A stretch of DNA of 56,637 bases, counting the filler, from Sphacelaria rigidula (lineage: Eukaryota): assembly GCA_964200075.2 (NCBI GenBank). It is 7 parts of 7 records of this genome, joined end to end, with 100 filler letters (N's around TTAATTAATTAA, not from the genome) between each part and the next. Parts side by side here need not be neighbours in the genome. Positions count along the whole stretch, not along the records: positions 1 to 8,006 come from CAXNAA020012674.1; positions 8,107 to 16,112 come from CAXNAA020012675.1; 5 more parts are not named here. One strand, written 5' to 3'. Every line of letters starts with the position of its first letter. Position 1 is the stretch's first letter. This document shows positions 1-11,847 of the stretch, in pieces. The position numbers and the translations under genes are program-made. A model generated the notes under the pieces. The model had not been told where the DNA came from and did no database searches. It saw only the letters and a list, made by a program, of their open reading frames with translations.

Positions 1-89
1 GGGCCCCCCCCCACAAAAAAAGTGTTTCAAAAGGCAAACACACAAGAGAACAAAAAAAAAAGGACCCCCCCCCCCCCCCCCCCCCCTAT

Positions 90-1692
90 CGTGGCATGAC
101 TTCCAAGCCTGTACAGAGTACCGCAAAGTAAAGATGACAGGAATGTACGCATGCTGAGGGAGTCCGAGAAATATTTGTAAAATTTGCGTTCTTTCATTCA
201 AAAAGTTGATGCTGCGGGGTCGTTTCGACGTTGAATGTACTCGAAAAGCCGGTTCTGTGATAAAATCAAGTACTTGGGAGTTTGTACCTTGCGAGCTCAC
301 TTGGCCGTGTTGAGGCGCAAAACCTCACGCCGAACCTTGGAGTTGAATTCTAAAGCGTTGCACACATGTACTATGAGTCAGACTCATTCCACGGTAGGGG
401 TGACACATTCGGCGCCACACTGTTTCTTATTGAGGAACTCCTCAAGTCACGGTTGGGCGTTACACGATAATACGGGTTAGCCAATCCCTGTTTCGAAATC
501 ATTTCGAGATATCTCTAGCCCGATGGAATGCTAATCGTGGCGTGCTGTCACATAGGTGATGAGTTGATGAATCTCGTTTTGGACGAGCGGGCAGGCTTCG
601 AGGGATTCAAGACTGAGACGTGGTTTGTGCACCCCTGGCGTGGTACTACTCGTCATTCCGAAACCTTTCATGGACAGCGGCTCGTTTTGTTTTCTTCGCC
701 GGTTCCCTGGGACCCCCGATAATCGGCAAAATAACAAAACAAATCTTGTCTATAAAGAGGTTTGTACTCACTCACCCCCAGTATATGTGTACAATTTTTT
801 AGAGTCCATCTCCAAAACACAGCATGAGAGTTTGCGGGATGAATAAATGTAGGTTGATGAGAAGCGTGAACCAGCCTGTACATAATTGCTCATCATACTA
901 ACTTTTACGCTTGTGCACTACGTCGAATTAGGATTTCAGGAGGTGGTATTCGGTACACCAGTCATGTCCATATAATATTGAAATGCGATATAAAATCGTG
1001 CCCACTGCCATCCCAATATCAAACTCAGACCAACTTTGACACCTCATAAACAGCCCACAGCGTGGTTGAGGAGGAGTAGTATCATAGTAGGTTTTGCTAT
1101 ACTAGCGACCATAAAACAACACCTAGCCATCATCTCCCGTGGTCTGCTCTAGTAGCTTTGATTTCCCAACTCCTCCACGAAAACCAAATGTGGCGTCGCG
1201 CTTGGTTCTCTTGTCACCGAAGTGGCTCCTGCACACCAGTCGTCAGCTATAGTCAGTCGTGCGCTTGCTTTGTACATACCTGTATGGGATTTAGACATGA
1301 CACCGTCCAGTTGCCGGCTGTTACTGTATGTAGAGGAACAGTGTCGCCAGTAGGTATCGACCTTAAAGTACCTACGATTATCTATCTGGTACTACATGTG
1401 AAAGTGCTTCACGTGATCGGCAAATATGTATACTATCCTGTACCCGAGCAGTCATTTCTGGTGACGTACTACGTAAGCATGAAACACCCAATCGACACAG
1501 TATATGCAGTATTTTTGCACGGCAGCTATACCACAGGTGGCCGTACAATCTATCTATATCAAGTAAAGTACTACTACGCCGGGCGGCCAAGCTCTACTGA
1601 TGGGAAGTTGAAGCACGCGTTGTTGTTCGCTTACACCAACACGCTGGAACATATACAGTAAGTTACAATTGTTAGACATGGCAGTGTGGGAC
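90..1692 (-). pseudogene. Decayed coding remnant, possibly from a DNA transposon (KDZ/CxC-like resemblance only)
   Basis: Long minus-strand frames with sparse stops and frameshifts (e.g. KYCIYCVDWVFHAY, GDDG*VLFYGR, QLCTGWFTLL, MRTFLSSLLCGT). Pyrimidine-rich acceptor-like site near 1693. Family resemblance is weak and from memory. Confidence 0.25.
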
Positions 1693-2090
1693 CTGGACGG
1701 CCGAAAACAAGAAAGCAGCACAGCACGCGTAAAAATCAGATGTAAAGGACTGTGGCCCGAAAAACAATGGTACCCAACAGGCGTTTTCTGCCCCACTCCT
1801 CTTCCTCTTCCCCTCCCCATGAAAAAGAGACAATGACAAAGAAGCGATTAATCGTCAGCTATAGTTTTCCTCAGAAAAATGAGTAGTGCTCCGTCCCCTC
1901 GCGGACTCATGACCGATGATCCAATAGTCTAGGCACGTCAAACATGAGCGCACCGTCCCCCTTAGATCACCCCTACCTAGGTATGCCGTGCTCATTCCGG
2001 AATCAAACTCACCGAACCCCCGTACGTGCCTTACTAGTGTTTTGTACGCTCCTCGGCGCGAATGTATACTGGCACTAACACTACCGCACG

Positions 2091-2127
<37 letters not shown>

Positions 2128-2711
2128 ACCACCCCCAAAAAACCCCCCCCCCCCCAACACAACCACCTCACCCTTTCCTTTTACAAACGCATTTCTTTNN
2201 NNNNNNNNCCCCCCACCCCCCCCCGGGCCTTACTAGTGTTTTTTACGCCCCCCGGCCCGAATGTATACTGGCACAAAAACACCCCCCCCCCCCCCCCCCC
2301 CCCCCCGTCGCATCCAACACCAATACTAACGCCAAAATTGACACCGTCGCCACAGAGTTCAACGCTTACGTTTCGTGTTACCACAGTAGCTCTTGTCTCC
2401 GTTTACGTTTTGCCAAGTGAGGAAACGGGGGGGCGGAGGAGTTGTTACTATCTGCCCCCGAAGATGCATGTCGGACACCCTTCGTTCGCTCATGACTATA
2501 CGACTCTACCGTGCTGTGACTTTCAAGATCCCCCACGAACCTGCTGACTTTACCCGGTGGGTTCCAGACTATGTCAGGACGGACAAGTAGACTTGATTCT
2601 GATCGCAACCTCTATATCTTCCCTCCCGCTTGTTTGATCCGATGGTCTTCTTCACCGTACCCCACAATGTATTCTTTATCGTGAGCGCCTCGCCCCCGCC
2701 TCTCCCCCGCT

Positions 2712-4502
2712 CTATCGCCGTCGACGACCAATTGCCACGGTCACCACCGCCGCTGCCGCCGCCGCGGCCATGACATGAGTCGGGCGCGGCAACCACCACG
2801 GCCTCCTGGGTAGGGCCGGCCCCGCCCCCTCATCCGCAGCGTGGTGTACCGCTGAACACACCGGCCGCTCATTACCGTTAGGTCGAGTAACGTAGGCATC
2901 GCTCGCACCTGGCAACCACCATCGCCTCCCGGGCGGCGCTTGGTCCACTCCCTCGTCGGTAGCGTTCTCGATAGCCAAGCGCAGCGGTCGCTGGTCGCCG
3001 GCGATTTCCACAGCTCCACGGGCTCGCGGCGGGGGGGCTACCGCAGCAGCAAGGGGATCATCTGTAGATGGCGAAGATGCATCCGGCGCCGTGCTGACCG
3101 CGATGCGGGGCACATGAGCAGATACGATGTCATCGGCCATCACCATGTGGTGGCGAGGGATAAGTCTCGCACCAACGTACCCTGGAACACCCGAAGAAGC
3201 TCCGATGCCTGTGATGCTTACGCGAATATCGAAGCTTCCCGCCACGGACACGACGTCCAGCTGTACCGGGATCGAGGAGATATCAGCGAAAACTACCATC
3301 AATCTTGGCCCAGACACCGCATGCGGCAGCGGCGGCAGTGGCATCGGGATGATTTCGCTCCAAAACAATCGTGGGCGATCAGCGCAGGTGGCGGACCTGA
3401 TGCTGAAGAATTCGTTTGACTGAGGTGTCAGTGAATGCACGCTCGCTGGCAAAGTAGCCGATCTTGTTTCCCTTGCTGGCGCAAACGCTACCTCCCTCTC
3501 GACGCCGCCGGCCATGTCGTCCTCACTGTCAACGTTTGCCACGTAGGCGTGGCCGACACCCAACGTCTCGACTTGTGCCGCCGCCGCTACCAGCCCCGAA
3601 CCCACCGTGGCGGCTGCCTCTGCACTGGCAAAGTCCTCGCTAGCTATGAATTCGGGCGAAGCCCGCCCTAGAACTTCGCTGTGCATGATACCTGGTATGA
3701 AATCCTCCATAGTGTCGCCCAGGGAGTGGATACGATCGGGCAACGTGACGGCGGGTGCGGCAGGACGCGGCGAGAGCGACCGTAGGGCGTGAGGGTCGAT
3801 ACCTTCTGGGCCTGTACCCAAGTCCTCTAAGCTCCACGATGAGATGGACGGAGCCACGGACGGGAACGGTGACCACAATCGTGTCCCAGGAACAACCCGG
3901 GACTGAGATCTCTGGACTGATCTTGTCGGGGAGATGACCTCCGCCGTCTCCGCGTTCCTTTGGCGTAGCCATCCGAGAGAAGCGTCGGAGAGCGCATCGC
4001 CGTAATACTCAGCGCAGAAGCTGGCGCTGACCAGTGCGCTCGATGTTGCGGCAGCGCTACCTCCCGAACCAATCCCTTCTTCACGGGAGGTGTACGCCGC
4101 GGTGCCCACTGTACCATGTGGAGAGTCACCCGCACCCTTGCGAGCACTGCTATCATTAACGCTGCCGGTAGCCTGTTGTGGTGGCTGCAGCTCGCCGGAG
4201 CAAGACAGCAGCCCAAACCCCTGCTTGGGGTAAGCGATGCGCTCACCATCTTCCTTCCTGTAGGCGATGTCCATGTCCACGTCGGCAGTAAAGTTGCTCC
4301 GTGGCACCCCGATCGGGAATATCAGCGAGTCAGAAGGGAGACAGTGTCCATGGTTTAGGTCGGAGTACGGCGGTGAGGCAGCAGCGGCGCCGGAAGCGGT
4401 GGCCAGATGGGGTTGGTACATGGAGTCTCCGCCCTTGCTTTCCCGGATGGCAGGGGCGCCCAAGTCCAAGGGAGGCACGTGCTGCTGGATCTGTGGCACG
4501 TG
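2712..4502 (-). CDS. Terminal exon of a hypothetical low-complexity (Ala/Ser/Pro-rich) protein
   Basis: Open GC-rich frame of ~596 codons. Acceptor tgctgtatcttttgcaccaaccAG ends at 4503, in phase 0 with the donor at 5024. Ends ...MAAAAAAAVVTVAIGRRRR*. Confidence 0.6.
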   Translation of the reverse strand, partial: HVPQIQQHVPPLDLGAPAIRESKGGDSMYQPHLATASGAAAASPPYSDLNHGHCLPSDSLIFPIGVPRSNFTADVDMDIAYRKEDGERIAYPKQGFGLLSCSGELQPPQQATGSVNDSSARKGAGDSPHGTVGTAAYTSREEGIGSGGSAAATSSALVSASFCAEYYGDALSDASLGWLRQRNAETAEVISPTRSVQRSQSRVVPGTRLWSPFPSVAPSISSWSLEDLGTGPEGIDPHALRSLSPRPAAPAVTLPDRIHSLGDTMEDFIPGIMHSEVLGRASPEFIASEDFASAEAAATVGSGLVAAAAQVETLGVGHAYVANVDSEDDMAGGVEREVAFAPARETRSATLPASVHSLTPQSNEFFSIRSATCADRPRLFWSEIIPMPLPPLPHAVSGPRLMVVFADISSIPVQLDVVSVAGSFDIRVSITGIGASSGVPGYVGARLIPRHHMVMADDIVSAHVPRIAVSTAPDASSPSTDDPLAAAVAPPPRARGAVEIAGDQRPLRLAIENATDEGVDQAPPGRRWWLPGASDAYVTRPNGNERPVCSAVHHAADEGAGPALPRRPWWLPRPTHVMAAAAAAAVVTVAIGRRRR

Positions 4503-5024
4503 CTGGTTGGTGCAAAAGATACAGCAATATATGTCCGAACGGTGGGAGGGAGGTGATGTTACAGCTTTCGATTCGGTTTCGTTCGCCATGCTTGCGTCAG
4601 GCGATAGTACAAAAGAGGTTGGCCAAGCTACTGTGGAGTGGGTAGGACACACCAGCGTTGCGGATTCGATTTACAGGTTCTCACAGGTTCTCACACGAAA
4701 GAATACGAAGAGAAAACGGCCAGAAGGGGCACACCAGAAAAACATCTATCACCGTATGTTCAAGGTACGCATCAAATATAAGACACGTTAAAATACACGA
4801 AAACAAACACGAAGACTACGTGAACAAAATGCACCATCACAAGAACACGAAATATCTCTCGCCAACATGCAGACGCCATCGCGAAAACACACTCACGCAC
4901 ATTGAACCCCCCACAAAAGCAAAAGCACAGCGTACAACTCCCCTCCACCAAGACACTTCGACCAGATATGCATTCTTTTCCAACACGACCAACACAAAAG
5001 ATCACACTCGTCAAACCTACTTAC

Positions 5025-5868
5025 CGGCCCCTCGGCCATATATGGCTCCTCTCCTGGCATTGCCCCGTCATCCCTAAACATGTATGCATGCCCCGGGAAG
5101 TGAACTGGAAGCGGGTCACCACCACCACCACCACCACCAATACCAATACCAACACCAACAACACAGCCGCCGCCGCCGCCGCCGCCCATGCCAAGCCCCG
5201 ACTCTACCGATGATCCCCTCGGATGAAAACGGTCCCCTATGCACCCAGCCCCGCTCTTGACCTTGGCCACATGACGCTTCTCGCGATCCTTCTCCCTACC
5301 GTGGTAGGCGACTTCGTCTCGCAACGCCATGTTGCGCAAATCGTTCGACTCAGCAGGCGGGATCATCGGCGGCGGGGGCACCATCGGAGCGCCTAGCACT
5401 GTCTGCGGCGGAGATATCCGAATTGGCGGCGCTGTCCTGACCGGCGACCGACCCCCGTCCTCCCACATCCCCCAGGAAGCGGTTTCGGCATTGATGTCGC
5501 GCCCAACGATACTACTGTCTGCAGACCGTACCCTACCCGCACCACGGCCATCATCATCGGAAGGCGGGGTGGCGGTAGCGGAGAGGATTTGCAAGGATGT
5601 AGACGGGGCCTTGCGGCCGCAGCGCGACTTAGTACGCTTGTGGTCGGTGGTGTAGTGCGACAAGACATGTGTTTCCGCAGTTGAGTTCGGTTCCACTTCG
5701 TCCCTGCTACTCCAGGCAGACCAGTGTAGGGAATATCTATCCATCATCGTCGCCATATCCCCGACCTCGCTCTCTCCGTTTGTTACCGCTCGCTGGATCG
5801 TTCGAATGTGCCTCCTTCTTTTCTTGTTCACTAGTGTTTTCCTTTTGCTCTGGCTTCTGGTTGACGGG
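5025..5868 (-). CDS. Upstream exon of the same hypothetical protein (5' boundary approximate)
   Basis: Open frame KRKTLVNKKRRRHIRTIQRAV...EEPYMAEGP followed by a strong donor GTAAGT at 5024. Predicted intron 4503-5024 joins the two ORFs in frame. Confidence 0.5.
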
Positions 5869-6230
5869 CTTCACCTGTGCGGGGGCGGCGGACAGCGGAG
5901 GTCGGCAAGAGGCGAGTAGGCTGTGATGGTGATGACCTTGGGGAGGGGGGGTGATGTACGCCATCATTTTGACTTCCAGTCAGCCGTCCCAACTTGGCGG
6001 CCGACTTAAAAATACGCACGTAATGACCCCTCTCTGACTGCCTGAGATATCTTTGAGGATTTTCCTTCTAGTGCAGGAGGGGCAATGGTGTTCCTCGACA
6101 TCATGCCACCAAAACCAGTGCGCATCGGCCCGAAATGAACGTGAGAAGGACCGACTACCTTCGCAGCCAGTCCAATGGTTGAAAAAACAAATCAAAGGAG
6201 ACGTCATGCAAAAGAAATCAATCCGCTCTC

Positions 6231-6477
6231 AACAACGTTTCCGTGAGATTGAGAGTAGAGCGCTAACTGAGAGTGGTTTTGATCATTCGCTTTAACTTGG
6301 CAAAGCTACACGTCGATATCCTACTCGGAGATATCAAGGGCCTCAGTGGCAAGATACTACAGAAAACATACCGGGCTTTGTGGAGGGGTATTTCGGGACT
6401 AAAACGATTTCTTCACAAATTGACCGCTTTTCACTCTCAATCGCATCCTCTACTCTCGATCTCATGAAAACTTTGTT
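6231..6477. mobile_element. MITE with ~50-bp imperfect TIRs (AACAAnGTTTTCGTGAGATTGAGAGTA family)
   Basis: Left aacaacgtttccgtgagattgagagtagag matches the reverse complement of the right end, aacaaagttttcatgagatcgagagtagag. Same termini as the 25916-28564 element. No clear TSD. Confidence 0.7.
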
Positions 6478-6939
6478 TTTCGCCTGTTGCACTTATTTCT
6501 GGCTGTTTTTTGCTTGCGCGGGAATGGTCGGTCACACGCGGCGATCAATGTAGCAATCGACCGACCGACCACTGCCAGTGAAGCGGTACCAACAGGTAGG
6601 TCATGGGGACGGGGCGCTATGTCTCCGCCAGACGTGACATCTTGTTTTTCCAGGAATCAAAGCATATAAAGAGCAGCACATGACGGGGGGGGGGGATTGG
6701 CTCACCATGCCTCCATCCTCCGTGTCTAGGCCTGAGCGCTAGAAGTGAGGACTTACATATGCACCCCATATTTGTTTCAGGAAAAGCAGGATGAACAACA
6801 CGCGCCGGACTCATAAAAGACAGACGTATGGGATAGCGAGCGGCCTTGATGGAAGTGTGCATCGTAATGCACCATTCTTGTGTCTCACGGCTCTGCGGAA
6901 CGTACAGTGCAATCGATGCGCATCTTTGTCTCTGTGTAG

Positions 6940-7105
6940 GACAGTACATCATTTTGACCTCACGGACGAACTCCACGCGGAATACTTCAAGCATCCCTTG
7001 ACCACGGGTCTGAGAAAGTCGACAGGCATGTTGATCAACAACAAAGGGTCGCCAGTGGCCAGAAAAAAAGCGAACCTCGTCGAGTCTGAGGGTGAAGCTG
7101 CAACG
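6940..7105 (+). CDS. Candidate internal exon, unknown protein (TVHHFDLTDELHAEYFKHPL...); possible next exon 7218-7308
   Basis: Pyrimidine-rich acceptor tctttgtctctgtgtAG, open frame, donor GTAAGT at 7106. Second candidate has tttcAG and GTGAGT boundaries. No recognisable domain. Confidence 0.3.
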
Positions 7106-7939
7106 GTAAGTTACGTTACAGGAGTTTAGGTGAATCTGAGGTGTACACTACGCAATACATTTTTCGAATGAGGGCAGTGTCCCTTTGTTGTTTGTAGCTC
7201 GCACAATTTAATTTCAGGCAGTGAGGGCCGCGGGGTGGGGGGTCGGCTCCCGACAGAGCTTCTTTATCTGCGGAGAATCTGCTTCCGGCGGTTCATTTGC
7301 GTTGGGACGTGAGTAGCAAACAAAGTGTATTTGGGGGGGGGCGAGAATCGACCCGGTCCGAAAATGCTGATAGTCATGATCCAAGCCGCGGTACCACAAC
7401 GTTAACGTCAGTCAGGCAGGTACCGGGGGAAAGATAGGTATATCCCTTCAGACCACGGACACCTTGCGAGGAAGGGAAAAGGGGGACAGAAGGTACCATC
7501 ACGAAAAAACAAAAGGAGTAAAATAAGGCAAGTGGCCGGAGGTGGAAGATCGCGGTGACAAAACGGCGACACTTGAGGCTAAAAGTGACGAACAAGTAGT
7601 ACGCCTTGCCTTTGTGAGCCAATTGAGGGTGCGGGACATTTCTGGTGGGCAACCCCCAACTTCTCAGCTGTGCCAAGCACCGTCCCGCTTGTTGTCGAGT
7701 GTTGTCGGCAAGAACGTCTGAAAATGAGTCAAACCCTCATCGTTTGTGCTCCGCAATAAAATCTTGCTGGCCACTGTACCCTGAAGTGACGCAAAATGCA
7801 AGCAACAAGGCCTTTTCACGTCCGTTTCCCGAAACAAACATACCGACAACGCCGAAAGGGTGCAAAAGGGGAACATGACATAGTATCTGGTCACCGTAGG
7901 ATCCGCTGCACACAACCCCTCCTATAATAGTAGTTGAAT

Positions 7940-7970
<31 letters not shown>

Positions 7971-8006
7971 AATGTTAGAAACCCGGGAGAGACAAGAAGA
8001 GTGAGG

Positions 8007-8106
8007 NNNNNNNNNNNNNNNNNNNNNNNNNNNNNNNNNNNNNNNNNNNNTTAATTAATTAANNNNNNNNNNNNNNNNNNNNNNNNNNNNNNNNNNNNNN
8101 NNNNNN
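8007..8106. other. Artificial contig spacer (N44-TTAATTAATTAA-N44); identical spacers at 16113-16212, 24218-24317, 32323-32422, 40428-40527, 48533-48632
   Basis: Identical 100-nt block with a six-frame stop linker. The intervening segments are all 8005-8006 bp, as expected for length-sorted concatenated contigs. Confidence 0.98.
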
Positions 8107-8190
8107 CCCTCCCCACGCCGTACCGACAAGACCGGTCATGGCCTTCGTCGGAGGACGGGGAACGGAGGACTACCTACCGTTGCCATATCT

Positions 8191-8320
8191 TGCTCCGTCT
8201 CGAAAGGGATGCGTGGTCAATGGTCACACGACTAAGGCAAGCAACAAATGAAAACGCTCCCCCCGAAAGGGATGCGTGGTCAATGGTCAAATGACTAAGG
8301 CAAGCAACAAATGAGTACGC
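8191..8320 (+). repeat. Dispersed repeat family A, two tandem units (GGGATGCGTGGTCAATGGTCAAACGACTAAGGCAAGCAACAAATGAG); other copies 30551-30615 (-) and 46649-46718 (+)
   Basis: Near-identical ~65-bp motif seen in three different contigs. Confidence 0.85.
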
Positions 8321-8364
8321 CCCCCCCCCCCGGGCCTGCGCTGTTTTGTTCTCTTTTTGGCAAG

Positions 8365-9071
8365 GCGAGGCGCAGATCGCGATGGTGGACCTTCTGGGTA
8401 TGCTTTCAGGCATCGGCCTGTGCACCCTGGTGGGCACCTCCCGACACTCCATCGTGGCCGCATACCTGTTCCTCAGTACGGTGGACATTGTGGCCATTTA
8501 CCTTGAGATCCGCTCCGTTGTGTTTACCGTTCTCAATCACGAACGGAGCAACCTCTTGGCGGCAGACTACGTCGCCGCCGGGAGCAATCCTAAGACCATG
8601 ATCACGATGCCGTTGACCACCACTTCGACTGCATCCCGCTCCGCCGCGGCGGGGGTGGGAGCGAAACCGTCACGGGAAGAAACAACAACAACCAAAGCGG
8701 GCGGCAAAGCAGAAGCAGCGGCGCCGGCGGGGGTGATCGGTAAGGCGGGGAAAATAGTGAGGGAGAAGAAACGGTGGCAAAAGCCGGAATCGTCGGTGTC
8801 ATCGCGGGTGGAGGAGGGAGAAAAGAGCGAATTGTTGGGGGAGCGTACCGGCAGGTTGGGGGAAGAGGGCGCAGCGGCGACGGCGGTGAGGGTTCAGACG
8901 GACCAGGGGGTGGATCCAGTCGGCGGGGCGGTAGTGGCGGCGGGGGAAGAGACGGCGGTAGCGGAAGGATTGGGAACGACTTTGTTATCGTCCCCGGCCA
9001 CGGTTTCGAGACGAGAGAACATCTTCATGTCTTCCAGGTTGAAGACGAACGTCTTCAAGACTTGGTCGCAG
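8365..9071 (+). CDS. RUS: RUS (root UVB sensitive)/DUF647 family protein, penultimate exon
   Basis: GEAQIAMVDLLGMLSGIGL...IYLEIRSVVFTVLNHER resembles the RUS GEAQ...RSVV.TLN.R motif (RUS6-like). AG at 8363-8364, donor GT at 9072. Confidence 0.85.
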
Positions 9072-9574
9072 GTGACAGTTATCGTCCACCGTTTCTCGGC
9101 TCACGCGTGTCCATGTTCCGACTCTAATTGGAGGTTGCTCTCCGTTTCTTCTGCCGAGCAGTGGGTCATGCTACAAGCGGTTCACAAGAACGGACGCGAG
9201 GCAGAGAGAGCCCCCTCTCACGTGACGACGTGCGTGCGAGTCCCCCTAGTCTTTCCAGTGAGACCCCACGGTTTGATGCCACTCTCATGTATCCGATGTA
9301 CTGTGGTATTTGGCACAGCACTTGGCAGCCCCGACTAGCACATTGATCTCTCTACTACTTGCCCAAGCGAGCGCTCAATCATCACATACTTTTTCATCCC
9401 CCCCCCCCCCTCCATACTGCAGATTCATAATCCAGACACCATCGTACGCTGGAAGGTGCTTTCAAGTTGCTTGGCACGGGTCGAAATCTCCGCCTGATCT
9501 GCAACATACTCCTTCGCTCATACTCCCTCTCCCTTCCCCCTCCCTTCCCTGATCCATTTTTCACGTATCCCTAG

Positions 9575-10282
9575 GCGGGCGTGAGCATGGATGGGGTAGA
9601 CGACCTGCTGCATATTTTCGGAGGAGAGCGATACATGCTGACTTTCACCCCCGCGAGGGGCGGCGGCGGCGACAACCGTAGCAGTGGCGACGCGGTTGAT
9701 GGTGCCACCGACGGAACATGGAACTCAAGTACTATAGGCAGAAGAGGTAGAGCTTCGAGAAAGGGCACGGCGAGCATAATCCTACACAGAGACGCCACGG
9801 GCGCGGACACCGTCAAGGCTCTCCTGGCCCTGGAGTACTTTCGACAGGAGCTTGTCGAAGCGGGCATTGCCGTCGCTGGGGTGCCAAACCATAGTAAGAA
9901 GCGCAAGAAGAAAGGGCAAGGGGAAGTCTCAACCGCCGCTGCCCCCGCCGCTACTACGACGGCCACAGCTACTGCTGGAATCCCCATTAACGGCGACGGC
10001 TCACAGGTGATAAATGGAGACTTGTCACGAGCCGTTGCCGATGCACAAGTTGGCGACAGGGCAAGGGTCTCAGCGGCTGCGTCAAGGGGAGAGGGGGTAC
10101 AGCAGGGGTCCACAGGAGCGCGCTATTCGTCATCCACGGTAGTGCTGAGGTGTCTGGAGGCCGCACGGCGACGAGCTGATCAGGGATTGCCCGGCTTTTT
10201 TGAAGCGTTAGCGGCGCTTGGGTGGGACACGGAGAAGTTCATGTTCGGCAATATTGCGTCTAGAGTGGAGTGGCGTCTCTGA
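9575..10282 (+). CDS. RUS: RUS/DUF647 family protein, last exon
   Basis: Acceptor ccctAG at 9574, phase 0 with the previous exon. Contains LLHIFGGERYML, and the C-terminus FFEALAALGWDTEKFMFGNIASRVEWRL* is typical of RUS proteins. Confidence 0.85.
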   Translation, partial: AGVSMDGVDDLLHIFGGERYMLTFTPARGGGGDNRSSGDAVDGATDGTWNSSTIGRRGRASRKGTASIILHRDATGADTVKALLALEYFRQELVEAGIAVAGVPNHSKKRKKKGQGEVSTAAAPAATTTATATAGIPINGDGSQVINGDLSRAVADAQVGDRARVSAAASRGEGVQQGSTGARYSSSTVVLRCLEAARRRADQGLPGFFEALAALGWDTEKFMFGNIASRVEWRL

Positions 10283-11847
10283 TGTGTTCGTCTCGTATTG
10301 CTAGATTGGTGGTTCTGTATTTCCTTGAATGCTTCGCGTGTTGTAACGTTGGCAGCATTTCGGTGCCTTTTTGTGCTATTGCCGGGAGAAGTGAGGGGTG
10401 ATCAGCGGGAGTACCGCGGGGGCGGGGGCGGGGGCGGAAACGACAGAGGAGTCGGAGCAGAGAAGGGAGGCCATTGTCTCAAATCATGGCAAATTTTTCA
10501 CTGATTTTGTTGGGGTGAGGGTAGAAACGGCGGTTTTCTTACCGAGTCAGGTGGAGTACGTCCAGGTCGTTGTTTGGCTCCATGTAGATGCGTTGTGCTG
10601 CATACTGTCCGTCGCGCTATCAGTAGTGTGGCAGAATCGTATCTGAAGAAGCGGAGGAGTCTGACGAAGACTGGAGAGAGGGTTTCCGTGGAGGGCAGTG
10701 CAGGAGAGAGGGTGGGGAGATCACACGATTCGAGTGTTGCCGATACGCCGCACTGAGATTTACGGGCTAGTTCAGGGACTAGTGCTTGCGCGTGTTTCGT
10801 TGTTGTAGATGAGTTTTTTTTTCTTGTGCAGACCGATTCGGTGTTTAGTTTAGTGTGTATCCGTTTTGTCAAGTCAAGAGCTCTCCATGCTGGGAGCAGA
10901 GAGACAGCTCTTTCTTCGTGTAGCTTTCTCTCATGGAAATTCGTGCTTGTGCGCCCGACAGGTTGTCAGTATAGTGCAGCACGGCAGTGAAGTGAAGGCA
11001 ACGATTATTTCAGGCAAGCAGGTTTCTCAAAACTGCTTGCGACGAAAGACGGATCGCGAAAATCCTGTCCACCCCTCAAGGCCGCATCTTGTGTTTGCGT
11101 ACAACACATAAAGGTCCACTGTGTGTTCCTGCTGGTTTATAAGCACCGGAAGCCGTGTTTCCCTCAGACCTATCTTGGCTCTCGGCGTCGCATACACAGG
11201 AAGGACCTCACACCACACGCCGTGGATTCATGTGTTCGCGTTTTCTTTTTCGCCATTCGGGTGAAGCCATATGTAATATCGTAGTACCATTCCAATTTTC
11301 AAATTGATTGTTGTCTCGGGCTATTCCAGATTCGGCATTGGATTTCTGTGACAGAAAACTGTCTCGTTTTTTTCAGAATACTTCAAAAAAAGAAGCAGAA
11401 CTTGAAAAAAAAACTGCCCGAATCGTGACCCCATTATATGGAGTACAGTGTACCAGACTGAACACAACACAATTCTGCAGTGTTTTTAGAACCTGAGCAC
11501 GGACTGTATACAGTATGCGTCAGCTTCTCTTGTTGCAAAATTAATAGTGTCCAACTGCTGCTGCTGTACTACTACGGAAGTACACGCCCTCGAGGTGTCA
11601 CCCCACGTTTACCATCATTGCGAACAGAACAAGACAAGAACACGAATTGCAGCGGTCGTGGCCGCCACACATCAACGTTACTGCAGTGAAACGCGTGCCT
11701 GAACCGACACCACCACACTTGCGGCGTTTCTTCTTGTTCGCGAAAACTTGAGCATCTAATTTTGTGGCAGTGTCCACCGACTGAGCTACGTGTTGGGGTG
11801 GGCGATCGAATTGCATACGCGCTTATGTACAGTAGAGACAAACTTTT

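Noticed and set aside
1158-1661. 167-aa plus-strand ORF
   Set aside because: No ATG start or domain; reads as the antisense shadow of the decayed minus frame.
2020-2310. Apparent direct duplication and polyproline ORFs around the 10-N gap (2199-2208)
   Set aside because: The second copy is a C-biased corrupted version of the first next to long poly-C runs; likely a sequencing or scaffolding artefact.
8051-8062. Recurrent TTAATTAATTAA at regular ~8.1-kb spacing
   Set aside because: Synthetic six-frame stop linker within N padding, not biological.
9072-9338. Continuation of the 330-aa RUS ORF
   Set aside because: Read-through into the intron after the donor at 9072. The conserved sequence resumes at 9575.
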